Of a DNA stretch of 64,000 bases, positions 38,235-48,076 are shown piece by piece. The notes under the pieces are model-generated. The model was not told the origin of the DNA, made no database searches, and saw only the letters and a list, made by a program, of their open reading frames with translations. Position numbers and translations under genes: made by a program. The stretch comes from Capsulimonadaceae bacterium (GTDB lineage Bacteria > Armatimonadota > Armatimonadia > Armatimonadales > Capsulimonadaceae), in NCBI GenBank assembly GCA_965215505.1, contig OZ244065.1, positions 608,001 through 672,000 of the forward strand, in the 5' to 3' direction. Position 1 is the first letter of the stretch; the number at the start of each line of letters is the position of its first letter.

Positions 38235-38265
38235 TGGGTGCCTGCCATGTGAGATGAAGAAATAG
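38218..38265 (+). pseudogene. Truncated DUF5615 PIN toxin remnant
   Basis: MNLLLDGCLP…* resembles the MKxLLDECLP start. It overlaps the DUF433 end and stops at a REP. Confidence 0.5.
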
Positions 38266-38367
38266 GAGGGCGGGGGGACCCCGCCCCTACGCCATCCGGT
38301 GCGACGGGCTGATGGGACTTGGATGCGTCGGTGGGGCCATGTAGGGGCGGGGTCCCCCCGCCCTCCT
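38264..38367. repeat. Inverted pair of GTAG-type REP elements
   Basis: Perfect 27-bp inverted copies at 38264-38290 and 38341-38367 (GTAGGGGCGGGGTCCCCCCGCCCTCCT). Confidence 0.85.
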
Positions 38368-38587
38368 TCTTCCTGTGTACCCGTTCTAATCCTGCACCCG
38401 CCATCCGATAGTCCTACGCCCTCCATCTCCCCTCAACACTTCCGCCGCCCCGCCCGTCCGGCGCTGATGCGGACGGGCCATAGCGGACACCCCGAGAAGA
38501 GTTGTCTTTTCCCAGCGCGTTTGCTATAATGAGCCAATCTGCTAGGGTGGTTCTGCCTGCCGCCGACCCATCACTCCTGGAGGAATC

Positions 38588-39538
38588 ATGCGCTTTCGGT
38601 TTCCTGCGACGACACTCGCCTCTGCCACCGTCTTGCTGCTCGTCACGAGCTGCGCCCCTGGGCGCTCGAAGCCTGCCGTCAGCACAGATAGCCTTGCCGC
38701 CGCGCGGCGGGGGTTTGCCACGCATTTGACCGTGCGGAAGAAGGCACCTGATGGTGTCGCGAGGCCGCCGGCCGGGGTCGAGCTGGTCCATTATGACGAC
38801 CCGCTCGGCAGTTTCCCGGCCTACGTCGCGGTCCCGGCAGACAAGACGGTGAAGCACCCGGCCATCGTCTGGGTCGCGGGCGGGTTCGACAACAGCATCG
38901 GGGACACGCCCTGGGCACCGGCCACACCGGACAACGACCAGTCGGCGCGGGCGTTCCCGAGCGCCGGGGTCGTCACGATGTACCCCTCCCTGCGCGGCGG
39001 CAACAACAACGTGGGATACATCGAGGATTTGTACGGGGAAGTGGACGACGTCATCGCGGCGGGCAAATACCTGGCGAGCCGCCCTGACGTGGACCCCAAG
39101 CGCATCTATCTCGGCGGCCACAGCACGGGGGGGACTTTGGCGCTTCTCGTCGCGGAGTCGACGCACCAGTTCCGGGCGGTGTTCGCCTTCGGCCCCGTCA
39201 GCCGGATCGAGCAGTACGGCACCGACGACATGACCTTTGACGCCGGCGACGGTCAGGAGAAGACGCTGCGCTCGCCGGTCTTTTATCTTGGGGCGATCGC
39301 CAACCCGACCTTCGTCTTCGAGGGGACGGACGCCCCCAGCAACATCGAGCCGGTGCGCGAGCTACGTTCTTCGTGCGAGAACTCGCTGGTGCATTTCTAC
39401 CAGGTGCCGGGTTCCAACCACTTCAGCGGCCTGGCACCGGTCACGCCGGTCATCGCGGCGAAGATCATGCTGGACACGGCCCCCGCGCCGCACTTCTCCT
39501 TCCTGTCACAGAGTCCCGAGATCAAGCCGGTTGACTGA
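38588..39538 (+). CDS. Alpha/beta hydrolase (S9-like), probable lipoprotein
   Basis: GHSTGG nucleophile motif and a lipobox-like LVTSC. Confidence 0.85.
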   Translation: MRFRFPATTLASATVLLLVTSCAPGRSKPAVSTDSLAAARRGFATHLTVRKKAPDGVARPPAGVELVHYDDPLGSFPAYVAVPADKTVKHPAIVWVAGGFDNSIGDTPWAPATPDNDQSARAFPSAGVVTMYPSLRGGNNNVGYIEDLYGEVDDVIAAGKYLASRPDVDPKRIYLGGHSTGGTLALLVAESTHQFRAVFAFGPVSRIEQYGTDDMTFDAGDGQEKTLRSPVFYLGAIANPTFVFEGTDAPSNIEPVRELRSSCENSLVHFYQVPGSNHFSGLAPVTPVIAAKIMLDTAPAPHFSFLSQSPEIKPVD

Positions 39539-39557
39539 GGGGATGCGAACGGGACGG

Positions 39558-40838
39558 CTAGACGCCCTTCTCCCCGAGGGGAGCGTCGCGGCTCATCGCG
39601 GGCATGGAAGGCCGGAGCGCCCGCACTGAGAGGACGAGCGCCAGGGCGGTCAGGGCGGCGGCCAGCAGGAAGGAGATGCCGGGGACCTGGACCGGCGCAC
39701 CGGGACGGGTGAAGTAGGCGAACAGGTTTGTCGCGAGGACCGGCCCGACGATGCCGGTCAGGCTGACCAGGCTCGCCAGAGCGCCCTGCAAGGTCCCCTG
39801 CTCGTCCTCCCCCACCTGTTGGGACAGCAGACCCTGTGTTGCCTGCCCGGCGAGGAAGCTGATGCCGCCGGCGAAGGTGAAGACGTAGATCATCCATCCT
39901 CGCGTGGCGAGGGCGAAGGCCGCGTACTGTGCGACCCCGACGGCCAGCCCGATGACGAGGGTGCGGCGGTCCCCCCAGCGCGGCAGGAGGACGCGAGACA
40001 GGCCGACCTGGAAGATCAAGGCGACCGCGCCGAACACCGCCAGCGACAGGCCGTTCTCGCGGACGCCCCAGCCGAACCGGGCCGTCGTGAACAGGACCCA
40101 GGTGCTGTTGAGCGACTGGCCCGCCAGGTTACTCGCCGCCAGAGCGCCCGTCAGGCCCCACACGACCGGGTAGCGTCCCAGGAGGCGCAGGGCACCCAGC
40201 GGGTTCGCCTCCCGCCACGAGAACGCCCGCCGGTTCTCCGGTTTCAGCGACTCGGGTAGGATGAACCAGCCGTACAGCAGGTTCACACCCGCCAGCCCCG
40301 CCGCTGCCCAGAAGGGAACGCGCGGGCCCAAAGCCCCCAGCAGGCCGCCTGCGGCGGGGCCGAGGATGAACCCGATGCCGAAGGCCGCCCCGATCAGGCC
40401 GAAGTTCTGTGACCGCTTCTCGGGCGGGCTGACGTCGGCGATGTAGGCCGTGGCCGCCGTGAAGCTCGCGCCGGTGATCCCCGACAGCGTCCGCCCGATG
40501 TAGAGCCAAACCAGGCTCGGGGCCAAGGCCATGATGACGTAGTCCAGGCCCGAGAACAGCAGCGACAGGAGGAGGACCGGGCGACGCCCGAACCGGTCGC
40601 TCAGTGTCCCCAGCACGGGCGAGAACAGGAACTGCATCAGGCCGTACAGCGAGAGCAGCCACCCGTAGTCCCGCGCCCCCGCGCTGATCCCCCGGCCGGA
40701 GAGCAGGGCGACGAACTTGGGCAGGATCGGGATGAGCAGGCCGAAGCCCAGGATGTCGATGAGCAGCGTGACGAAGATAAAAGCGAGGCCGGCGGTGCGC
40801 TTCAAGGGGTGTCTTTCCAGGCAGGACGAGGCCAGCAC
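39558..40838 (-). CDS. TCR/Tet-family MFS transporter
   Basis: LSDRFGRRPVLL, GRTLSGITGA and GIGFILGP motifs. Start uncertain. Confidence 0.92.
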   Translation of the reverse strand: MLASSCLERHPLKRTAGLAFIFVTLLIDILGFGLLIPILPKFVALLSGRGISAGARDYGWLLSLYGLMQFLFSPVLGTLSDRFGRRPVLLLSLLFSGLDYVIMALAPSLVWLYIGRTLSGITGASFTAATAYIADVSPPEKRSQNFGLIGAAFGIGFILGPAAGGLLGALGPRVPFWAAAGLAGVNLLYGWFILPESLKPENRRAFSWREANPLGALRLLGRYPVVWGLTGALAASNLAGQSLNSTWVLFTTARFGWGVRENGLSLAVFGAVALIFQVGLSRVLLPRWGDRRTLVIGLAVGVAQYAAFALATRGWMIYVFTFAGGISFLAGQATQGLLSQQVGEDEQGTLQGALASLVSLTGIVGPVLATNLFAYFTRPGAPVQVPGISFLLAAALTALALVLSVRALRPSMPAMSRDAPLGEKGV

Positions 40839-40896
40839 AGCGGCGATCCGGTTTAGGATATTATGCGCCGGGCTTCAAGGGTGCGGGCGAACCGAA

Positions 40897-41055
40897 ACGA
40901 GTGAATGAATTCACTCGCTGACGCAAGACTTGTCCAGGCGACAAAAAGAGCAAGCCGTGGAGACTGGAAGATGGCTTCCCCTCTGCTGTCCCCTGGACAG
41001 GTCCGACCGGAGCGAGTGATTTCAATCACTCGTCCTGGCTCTACTCGTCCTGGCT
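40897..41055. repeat. Dispersed palindromic element (MITE/REPIN-like), copy A
   Basis: CGAGTGA…TCACTCG hairpins at both ends. Homologous to 49543-49699. Confidence 0.75.
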
Positions 41056-41133
41056 TCACTTCCACACAGAAAAAGCGCCCGCTTGATGTCAACAGCAAGT
41101 GTCAACGTCAGGCGGGCGCTCATCGTTACGGAG

Positions 41134-41209
41134 TGGTGGAGGATAGCGGGTTCGAACCGCTGACCTTCTCAATGCCATTGAGACGCGCTACCAACTGCGC
41201 TAATCCCCC
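41134..41209 (-). tRNA. tRNA-Ala (GGC)
   Basis: 76-nt cloverleaf GGGGGATTAGCGCAGTTGGTAGCGCG…TCTCA-ATGGCAT-TGAGA…GGTTCGAACC…CCACCA. Confidence 0.96.
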
Positions 41210-41279
41210 ACGCGGCGACGGAGTGTATTATACACGCCCCCGCCGGAAAAATCAAGCCTTGCGGCAAGATTTTTCGGAT

Positions 41280-41924
41280 TTACCCCGTCCCGTAGGCATC
41301 GTTGACGATGGCGGCGATGGCCCTCTCGGGCTTGCCGCCGACGTAGAACCAGAGCAGGTACGCGAGATGCCCTAGCGTCCACACGATCAGCAGGGGCCAG
41401 TAGAGGCCGAGCGGCGCATAATGCGGCACCATCTGTGGGAGGAGCTGCCAGGCCCGGAAGGCAGCCAGGGCGTAGGTCAGGCCGCCGCCGACCGTGAACG
41501 ACACGGTGCTGGCGCTGATGAAGGTGTAGGGGCGGGTCAGGTCCAGGGCGACGAACTTGGGGCCGGGCGTTTTGTAGATGTAGACGTCCTCCATGCGGTG
41601 CGCCACCAGGAAGTCGCCGCCGAGCAGCGCGTTGATCTTCTTCTCCAGGGCGGTGGCATAGATGCGGGCGAACAGGTTGTAGGTCAGCAGGTACGCGCAG
41701 AAGAACCCGGCATAGACGATGAAGAACGGCAGCACGAAGATGGCCGCCCGCAGGGGGTGGTAGAGGCTGACGGCGACGTTCAGCAGCGTCAGGACCGTGA
41801 ACAGGTGGGTGGCCTGGAAGAACTGGACGTAGTAGCCGTAGTGCATGCCCCGCATCCTCTCAAGCTGGGCCTGGAGGACGCGGAGCTGCGTGTCGGCGAG
41901 TTTCTCGGTGGGTTCGGTCGCCAT
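41280..41924 (-). CDS. Hypothetical membrane protein
   Basis: 214 aa with about four hydrophobic segments. Confidence 0.75.
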   Translation of the reverse strand: MATEPTEKLADTQLRVLQAQLERMRGMHYGYYVQFFQATHLFTVLTLLNVAVSLYHPLRAAIFVLPFFIVYAGFFCAYLLTYNLFARIYATALEKKINALLGGDFLVAHRMEDVYIYKTPGPKFVALDLTRPYTFISASTVSFTVGGGLTYALAAFRAWQLLPQMVPHYAPLGLYWPLLIVWTLGHLAYLLWFYVGGKPERAIAAIVNDAYGTG

Positions 41925-41936
41925 AAAGATCGGGTT

Positions 41937-42320
41937 CTACTTCTGGCTCTTCAGGAAGGCGTAGAGCGGGGCGCTCTTGGCGGCGGGCATGTGGTAGACC
42001 GGCATCGGCTTCCGGACTTTGCCGCCGTCCTCGGTGACGCCGGTGTCCATCATGCGCTCCCAGGTCGCCAGCGTGTACTTGGCGGTCACGCCGGTTGCGC
42101 GGATCGAGGGCGAGAAACCCTGCTTGCCGGCATAGGTGGCCGAGTGGCAGCCGTTACAGCCGTTGCTCTCGGCGACCGCTTTGCCCGCCGCGATCTGGGC
42201 GGCGGGGGAGGCCGCAGGCTTTTTCGCCTTGGGCGGCGCGGCGGGGCTATTCTGGATGCCGGCCAGGGTGACGCACAGGCCGAAGGCTAGGGTCAGGGCG
42301 GCGGGGGGCGTCATTCGCAT
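41937..42320 (-). CDS. Monoheme c-type cytochrome
   Basis: Signal peptide, CNGCH and a distal MP motif. Confidence 0.85.
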   Translation of the reverse strand: MRMTPPAALTLAFGLCVTLAGIQNSPAAPPKAKKPAASPAAQIAAGKAVAESNGCNGCHSATYAGKQGFSPSIRATGVTAKYTLATWERMMDTGVTEDGGKVRKPMPVYHMPAAKSAPLYAFLKSQK

Positions 42321-42535
42321 GGGTCATTTGCTCCGTGTGAGATTGTTCAAGTGTGCCTTAGAATAGCACACGGCCTAAGAGACTGTCAAGCACCCGCCAT
42401 TCTGTGGACGGCGCTGTTTAAAGACGCAAGGCGGATGACAATGGTTCCCCGGCATCGGCGGGAAGGAAAAGCGGCGGTGCGCGCATAACCTTGACACAGA
42501 AAACGCTTTGACGGATGCTTGCGGAGGAGACACAC

Positions 42536-43429
42536 ATGGCAATCGCATTTCGGATACCCGGCTCATTGAAGATGCCGCTGCCGGAACTGGCACACTGGGC
42601 CGCCGACCACGGCTTCGGCGCGCTCGACATCGGCGCCCCCACGCCCGAGGCCGTGGAGGCCGTCCGGGGCGCGGGCCTGGAGGTCGGCACGTTCGACCTG
42701 TGGGGGACGGGCGGGCTGCTCTCGCCGGACGCCGCCCAGCGGCAGGAGGCCGCAGACAAGATCGCCGAGACGGCCAAGCGCGCCCAGGATCTGGGGCTGA
42801 CCAGGGCGTTCGGCGTCTTCCTGCCCCCGGACGACGGCCAGGGGCGCGGCGTCAGCTTCGCGAACTGGTCGGAGGGCTGGCCCGCCGCCAGCGAGGCGCT
42901 GGCCTCGGCGGGCGTCGCCTTCTGCATGGAGGGCTACCCCGGCGGCGGGCCGCACTACCCCGCCCTGGGCGTGACGCCCGAAACCGTCCGCGCCATGCTG
43001 GCCGTGGACGCCGAAAAAGGCGCGGGCGCTTTGAAGCTGAACTACGACCCCAGCCACCTCGTCCGCGTCGGCGTGGACCCGCTGCGGTTCCTGTCCGAGT
43101 TCGGCGCGCACGTCCGCCACGCCCACGGCAAGGACACCGCCCTGAACCCCAACCTGCTTTATGAAACCGGCAGTCTGGGCGCGTCCCTGCCACACGATTA
43201 CCCCGGTTCGGCCGCCAAAAACCAGCCCGGCTTCGGAGAGGGCTGGTGGCGCTACTGCATCCCCGGCGACGGCGTCACGTCCTGGAGCGGGGTGGCGGGG
43301 CTGCTGTCCCAGAACGGTTTCGCTGGCCACGTCTCGGTGGAACTCGAAGACTTCCGCTACAACGGGTCGCGCGAGGGCGAGATGAAGGGCCTGATCCGCT
43401 CCCAGCAGTACCTTTCCCGGTTCTTCTAA
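42536..43429 (+). CDS. Sugar phosphate isomerase/epimerase (TIM barrel)
   Basis: MEG, YDPSHL, HGKD and SVELED motifs. Confidence 0.88.
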   Translation: MAIAFRIPGSLKMPLPELAHWAADHGFGALDIGAPTPEAVEAVRGAGLEVGTFDLWGTGGLLSPDAAQRQEAADKIAETAKRAQDLGLTRAFGVFLPPDDGQGRGVSFANWSEGWPAASEALASAGVAFCMEGYPGGGPHYPALGVTPETVRAMLAVDAEKGAGALKLNYDPSHLVRVGVDPLRFLSEFGAHVRHAHGKDTALNPNLLYETGSLGASLPHDYPGSAAKNQPGFGEGWWRYCIPGDGVTSWSGVAGLLSQNGFAGHVSVELEDFRYNGSREGEMKGLIRSQQYLSRFF

Positions 43430-43437
43430 AGACTTCC

Positions 43438-44238
43438 ATGTCTGAGACTGTCACCGTGCTGCGCGACTTGACCTACGCCGTCCAGGACGGCAGGCCGCTC
43501 ACGCTCGACCTGTACCTGCCGCCCGCGTTAGGCCCCTGCCCGCTCATCGTCTGGGTACACGGCGGGGCCTGGTACGAGGGCAGCAAGGAATACTGCCCGG
43601 CCGCGCCGCTGACCGAGTGGGGGTACGCGGTCGCCAGCATCAACTACCGCCTGAGCCACGAGGCCCTCTTCCCGGCCCAAATCCACGACTGCAAGGGTGC
43701 CGTCCGCTGGCTGCGCGCGCACGCCGCCGAGTACGGACTGGACGCGGGCCGCGTCGGCGCGTGGGGCGACTCGGCGGGCGGCCACCTCGTCGCCCTGCTC
43801 GGCACCTCCGCCGACGCCGCCGAACTAGAAGGCACCGTCGGCGGCAATGGGGACCAGTCCAGCCGGGTACAGGCCGTGTGCGACTGGTACGGCCCGACCG
43901 ACATGCTCCAGATGAGCAGCGCCCCCAGCGAGATCGACCACGATGCGCCTGACTCGGCGGAGGCGCGGCTGTTTGGCGGCCCCATCCACGAGAAGCGCGA
44001 CCTGGTGCGGCTCGCCAATCCGGTCACCTTTCTCCGGCCCGACGCGCCGCCGTTCCTGATCGTCCACGGCGACAAGGACCCCATCGTCCCGCTCCATCAG
44101 AGCGGGATTCTGGCCGACGCCCTGCGCGCGGCGGGCATCCCGGTGACGTTCCTCACGGCCGCCGGGGCCGGGCACGGCTTTGACGACCCTCTGTACTGGC
44201 AGAAAGCGGCAGAGTTCTTCGACGAGACACTGGCCTGA
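43438..44238 (+). CDS. Alpha/beta hydrolase (esterase)
   Basis: HGGAW, GDSAGG, HGDKD and GHGF motifs. Confidence 0.92.
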   Translation: MSETVTVLRDLTYAVQDGRPLTLDLYLPPALGPCPLIVWVHGGAWYEGSKEYCPAAPLTEWGYAVASINYRLSHEALFPAQIHDCKGAVRWLRAHAAEYGLDAGRVGAWGDSAGGHLVALLGTSADAAELEGTVGGNGDQSSRVQAVCDWYGPTDMLQMSSAPSEIDHDAPDSAEARLFGGPIHEKRDLVRLANPVTFLRPDAPPFLIVHGDKDPIVPLHQSGILADALRAAGIPVTFLTAAGAGHGFDDPLYWQKAAEFFDETLA

Positions 44239-44271
44239 ACAAGACAAGGAACGGAGACGAGGCACGGACCC

Positions 44272-44682
44272 ATGCCCGAGGAGCAGAATCAAGACGCCCG
44301 ACTGATCGAGTGGTCGGTGGCGCAGAACAACTGGACGCAGGCGAAGTCCGACCTCGCCACCGCCGCGACGCTGATGGACGCCGGCATCCACTACGCCGCC
44401 GTCTTCTTCGGCCAGCAGGCCGCCGAGAAGTCCCTGCGCGCCGCCTGCATCCTGCACCTGCAAAAGAACCCGCGCGGCCACAACATCATCCAGAGCGCCA
44501 ACGACCTCCAGGCCCCCCTGGAAGTGATGAACGCCGCCGCCGAGCTGAACTCCGACTTCCTCACCGCCCGCTCGGTCGAGGCGGCCGGCGGCGTCCCCGC
44601 CCATCTCTACGACCGCGAGAGCGCCGAGCGGCACCTCGACGCGGCGCGGGCGATCTCGGAGTGGGTGAAGGAGATGATGTAG
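44272..44682 (+). CDS. HEPN domain protein
   Basis: AKSDLATA…FFGQQAAEKSLRA…GHNI motif. Confidence 0.8.
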   Translation: MPEEQNQDARLIEWSVAQNNWTQAKSDLATAATLMDAGIHYAAVFFGQQAAEKSLRAACILHLQKNPRGHNIIQSANDLQAPLEVMNAAAELNSDFLTARSVEAAGGVPAHLYDRESAERHLDAARAISEWVKEMM

Positions 44683-44950
44683 AAACTCCTGGCGAAATCC
44701 TTTCCGGTTTTGTCTGCCGCCCGCGAGTGACAGAATAAAACCCTTCAGCTCACCGGAGGCCAAAAAAATCCTTCCTGCGTCTACCGAGAAGCTGCCCGGA
44801 CTCAGCCTGGGCGAGTTCGAGACGGCGGTGCTTTCCTTTGCCACCGGCGAGGACCAGGAAAGTCAGCAGGTCTAAGCGATGCAGCAGGGAGGGATGCACG
44901 CGGGCAATCGGGAAACCTCTCGGATGCCTGCGTGCCAGGAGGATCATGTC

Positions 44951-45577
44951 ATGGAAGATCAAGTCGCAATCGAAGCCGGACCGACCACACAGGACAGCGT
45001 CTACACCATCGGGCACTCGAACCACACGCTGGAGGTCTTCCTCGGGCTGCTGAAAAGTCACGAGATCGAGGTGCTGATAGACACGCGCTCGGCACCGTTC
45101 TCGCGCTACTCCCCGCACTTCAACCGGGACAGCATCAAGGCGGCGGCGCAGGAGGCGGGGATCAGGTACGGCTTCTACGGGCGGCACCTGGGGGGCAGGC
45201 CGGACGACGAGGACTACTACGACGAGGATGGCCGCGTCGTGTACTCGCAGATCGCCAGGTCCTTCCTGTTCACCGAAGGCATCGAGCGGCTGATGGAGGG
45301 AATCCAGAGGTTCCGCACGGCCATCTTTTGCAGCGAGGAGAACCCCTCGATCTGCCACCGGCGGCTGTTGGTCGGGCGCGTCCTGTTCGAGCAGGGCGTC
45401 GCAGTGCATCACATCCGTGGAACCGGGCTGGTCGAAGAGGAGGCGGAACTGCGGCGTCAGGAGGAAGCCGAGAGGAGCCGCCAGCAGGTACTCTTCGAAG
45501 AGGAGACAGTCGCGGAATGGAAATCTATTCTATCGGTTTCACCCAGAGTACGGCCGCAGACTTCTTCGGACGACTGA
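44951..45577 (+). CDS. DUF488 family protein
   Basis: YTIGHSNH, DTRSAPFSR, LGGRP and CSEENPSICHR motifs. Confidence 0.9.
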   Translation: MEDQVAIEAGPTTQDSVYTIGHSNHTLEVFLGLLKSHEIEVLIDTRSAPFSRYSPHFNRDSIKAAAQEAGIRYGFYGRHLGGRPDDEDYYDEDGRVVYSQIARSFLFTEGIERLMEGIQRFRTAIFCSEENPSICHRRLLVGRVLFEQGVAVHHIRGTGLVEEEAELRRQEEAERSRQQVLFEEETVAEWKSILSVSPRVRPQTSSDD

Positions 45578-45954
45578 GGGGGGCCGGCATCAGGCGGCTG
45601 CTGGACGTCCGCCTGAATAACGTGTCACAGCTCGCTGGCTTCGCGAAGCGCGACGACTTATGCTTTTTCTTGAAAGAGCTGTGCGGCGCAGAGTATCTCC
45701 ATGAGACACTGCTCGCGCCCAGCCGGGAGATGCTGGACGCTTACAAGAAGCAGAAGGGAACCTGGCAGGAATATGAGCGGCTTTTCCTCTCGCTCATGGC
45801 CTCCCGGAAAGTCGAAGAGACGCTAGACCGGGCGCTTTTTGAGACGCCCACGGTGCTGCTTTGCAGTGAACACACGGCGGAGAATTGCCACCGGCGACTC
45901 GTTTTGGAGTATTTGCGGGACAAATGGGGTGGCGTAGACATCATCCACTTATGA
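45517..45954 (+). CDS. DUF488 family protein (second subtype)
   Basis: IYSIGFTQ, LLDVRLNNVSQLAGFAK and LLCSE…CHRRLV motifs. Confidence 0.88.
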   Translation: MEIYSIGFTQSTAADFFGRLRGAGIRRLLDVRLNNVSQLAGFAKRDDLCFFLKELCGAEYLHETLLAPSREMLDAYKKQKGTWQEYERLFLSLMASRKVEETLDRALFETPTVLLCSEHTAENCHRRLVLEYLRDKWGGVDIIHL

Positions 45955-45981
45955 ATGGCAGGAAGCCGAAAGGGGGGCGGG

Positions 45982-46665
45982 ATGCCCAAAATAGACATGA
46001 TCTGTCTGGCGAATTCGAGGAAGCTTCAGGGCCGGTGCGTGGCCGGCCTTCGGACGGATGGGGAGGGATGGATCAGGCCCGTCGCGATGGCCCCAATGGG
46101 CACGCTCCATCCGGGCCACTACATGCTGCAAAACGTCACGCAGCCGCTCTTGATGGACGTGATCCGCGTGAGCTGTTCCCACCGGCAGGCCGAGCCGCAC
46201 CAGCCGGAGAACTGGCTGATCGACGGCACGGGATGGCAGCTCATGTCCCGGCCCGCGCCCGCCGAATACGACGCGCTCCTGCGGGACGGACTCGCCTCCG
46301 GCCCCGGCCTGCTGGGGAACATGGGCAGCCGGGTGGATTATGCCACGCTGGTGTCTGCGCCCGTCGTCTCGTCGCTCGCGCTGGTCGTCTCGGAAGACCT
46401 TCAGTGGCACGTCACGACGAACTTCCGGGGCGGGCGGCAGGCGAAAGCCAGGTTCAAACACGCGGGCGCGGGTTATGACCTGTCCATCCCCGGCCCGTGC
46501 TGGCTGTCGCGCCTGGACGATCTGCCCCCCGGCACTTACCCGGTGTCGGCGGCAAACGTCGCAGCCGGCGAGTCCGTCATGCTGACCGTCAGCCTGGGCG
46601 AGCCGACGCCATGGGACAACTGCTGTTACAAGGTGATCGCGGGCGTCATCGTGGCGCAACGGTAG
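45982..46665 (+). CDS. Dual OB-domain-containing protein
   Basis: ICLANSRK…RCVAG…WIRPV, HQPENW and LTVSLGEP…CYKVIAGVI motifs. Confidence 0.75.
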   Translation: MPKIDMICLANSRKLQGRCVAGLRTDGEGWIRPVAMAPMGTLHPGHYMLQNVTQPLLMDVIRVSCSHRQAEPHQPENWLIDGTGWQLMSRPAPAEYDALLRDGLASGPGLLGNMGSRVDYATLVSAPVVSSLALVVSEDLQWHVTTNFRGGRQAKARFKHAGAGYDLSIPGPCWLSRLDDLPPGTYPVSAANVAAGESVMLTVSLGEPTPWDNCCYKVIAGVIVAQR

Positions 46666-46706
46666 GTCATGGACTGGCCTTGATTTCGACAGGGAGGTGG
46701 CTTGAA

Positions 46707-47369
46707 ATGCCGACACTGGATGTCATCTGTCTCGCGAACTCTCATAAGCACAGCGGCCGGTGCGTCGCGGGCCTGCGGCTGGATGGCGGGGGCTGGGTGC
46801 GCCCCGTCTCCACGGAGCCGGAGGGCGTCTTGCAGGCGTGGCACTACACGCTGGCGGGCGGCGGGGAGGCGGCCCTGCTGGATGTCCTGCGGATGCGGCT
46901 GACTGCCCCGCGCCCGGACCCGCACCACCCGGAGAACTGCCGGATGGACTATGGCCTATGGGGGCTGGTCGTCCGGCCCCTACCCCCGGAGGCGCGGGAG
47001 GTTCTATGGGAGAGCCTCGCACCCGGCCCGGACCTGCTGGGCGACCGCGAGGACAAGATCGCCTACGCCGCCCTGGTGAAGCGGCCCGCCCTCGCATCGC
47101 TGGCCTTGATACGTCCTGAAGGGTTGTCATGGCAAGTCCGGCAGCACGATCCGGCGGGCAAGCGACAAACGCGGGCGGTGTTCCATCTGGCCGAGGCCTG
47201 GTATAATCTGCCCGTGACCGACCCGGTCTGGCTGAAAGCCCTGGCGTCCCATGCGCCCGGCTCCTACCCGGAAGTGTGCGCCGAGACTTTGCTGACGGTC
47301 AGCCTCAGCGAGCCGTTCGCCCGCGACGGGTTCTGCTACAAGCTGGTCGCCGCCGTCATCGCGCCGTAG
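46707..47369 (+). CDS. Dual OB-domain-containing protein (paralogue)
   Basis: ICLANSHK…RCVAG…WVRPV, HHPENC, PVTDP and LTVSLSEP…CYKLVAAVI motifs. Confidence 0.75.
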   Translation: MPTLDVICLANSHKHSGRCVAGLRLDGGGWVRPVSTEPEGVLQAWHYTLAGGGEAALLDVLRMRLTAPRPDPHHPENCRMDYGLWGLVVRPLPPEAREVLWESLAPGPDLLGDREDKIAYAALVKRPALASLALIRPEGLSWQVRQHDPAGKRQTRAVFHLAEAWYNLPVTDPVWLKALASHAPGSYPEVCAETLLTVSLSEPFARDGFCYKLVAAVIAP

Positions 47370-47381
47370 GAGCCGGTCACC

Positions 47382-47882
47382 ATGTCCGAAGCCGAAGACC
47401 CCGCCCTGAGCCTCGTGCGACAAACGCTGGAAACCGCTCACCGCGAGTATGACCAGGGCATCCTGGAGAGCAGCCCGGCGCAGGTGCTGGCGTTCTACGA
47501 GAAGTGGACCGCGCCGGACTTCGAGGAACGGGACAACCCGAAAGGCCATGTGACGGGCCGGGCGGGGATGCTGGCGCTCATGGCACAGGTCGCGGCCTCC
47601 GGGAGCCTCGGCGGTGACATGGTAGCATTGGAAGCCAGCACCAGCATCGCCGAACTTGCCGTCGAAGGAAGCCGCGCCGTCGCCGTGACGACCAACAAGT
47701 ACCGCTGCCGTCAGACGGACACGCAGGGGTGGTACGGCACCAGCGGCGCAGAGCATGAGGCCGAGATGGTGAGCCGCTGGCGGCAGACGTGGGTGAAGGA
47801 TGAGGAGGGCTGGCGGTTGCAGGTCAATCAACTGCTGGACACTCAGACATATGTTGACGGGCTACTTTTCGTGCACCGATGA
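47382..47882 (+). CDS. NTF2/DUF4440-like protein
   Basis: APDF…RQTWVK…GWRL pattern. Confidence 0.6.
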   Translation: MSEAEDPALSLVRQTLETAHREYDQGILESSPAQVLAFYEKWTAPDFEERDNPKGHVTGRAGMLALMAQVAASGSLGGDMVALEASTSIAELAVEGSRAVAVTTNKYRCRQTDTQGWYGTSGAEHEAEMVSRWRQTWVKDEEGWRLQVNQLLDTQTYVDGLLFVHR

Positions 47883-47886
47883 GGTC

Positions 47887-48055
47887 TAGCCCCGGCCTGA
47901 AGGCTGGGCCTACACGGATGGGCTGCCCCTTCGGGGCTTCGGAGAATGCCATCCCGAGCTGTAGGGGCGCCGCTTGCCGCGCCCTCTTGCGGGGCCGCGC
48001 TCCGAAGCCCCGAAGCGGGCGGCCCATCCGTGCAGACCGGCGGTTTAACGCTGGG
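47887..48055. repeat. REPIN-like nested palindromic element
   Basis: Inverted arms at 47913-47944 and 48000-48032 enclose a GTAGGGGCG REP. Confidence 0.7.
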
Positions 48056-48076
48056 ACGTCTGGAAAAGAACCAAAA

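Noticed and set aside
39558-40838. Acquired tetracycline-resistance gene
   Set aside because: Family-level similarity only, with no tetR or mobile context and host-like composition.
41134-41209. tRNA-Ala as an island integration site
   Set aside because: No duplicated tRNA 3' end or adjacent integrase was seen.
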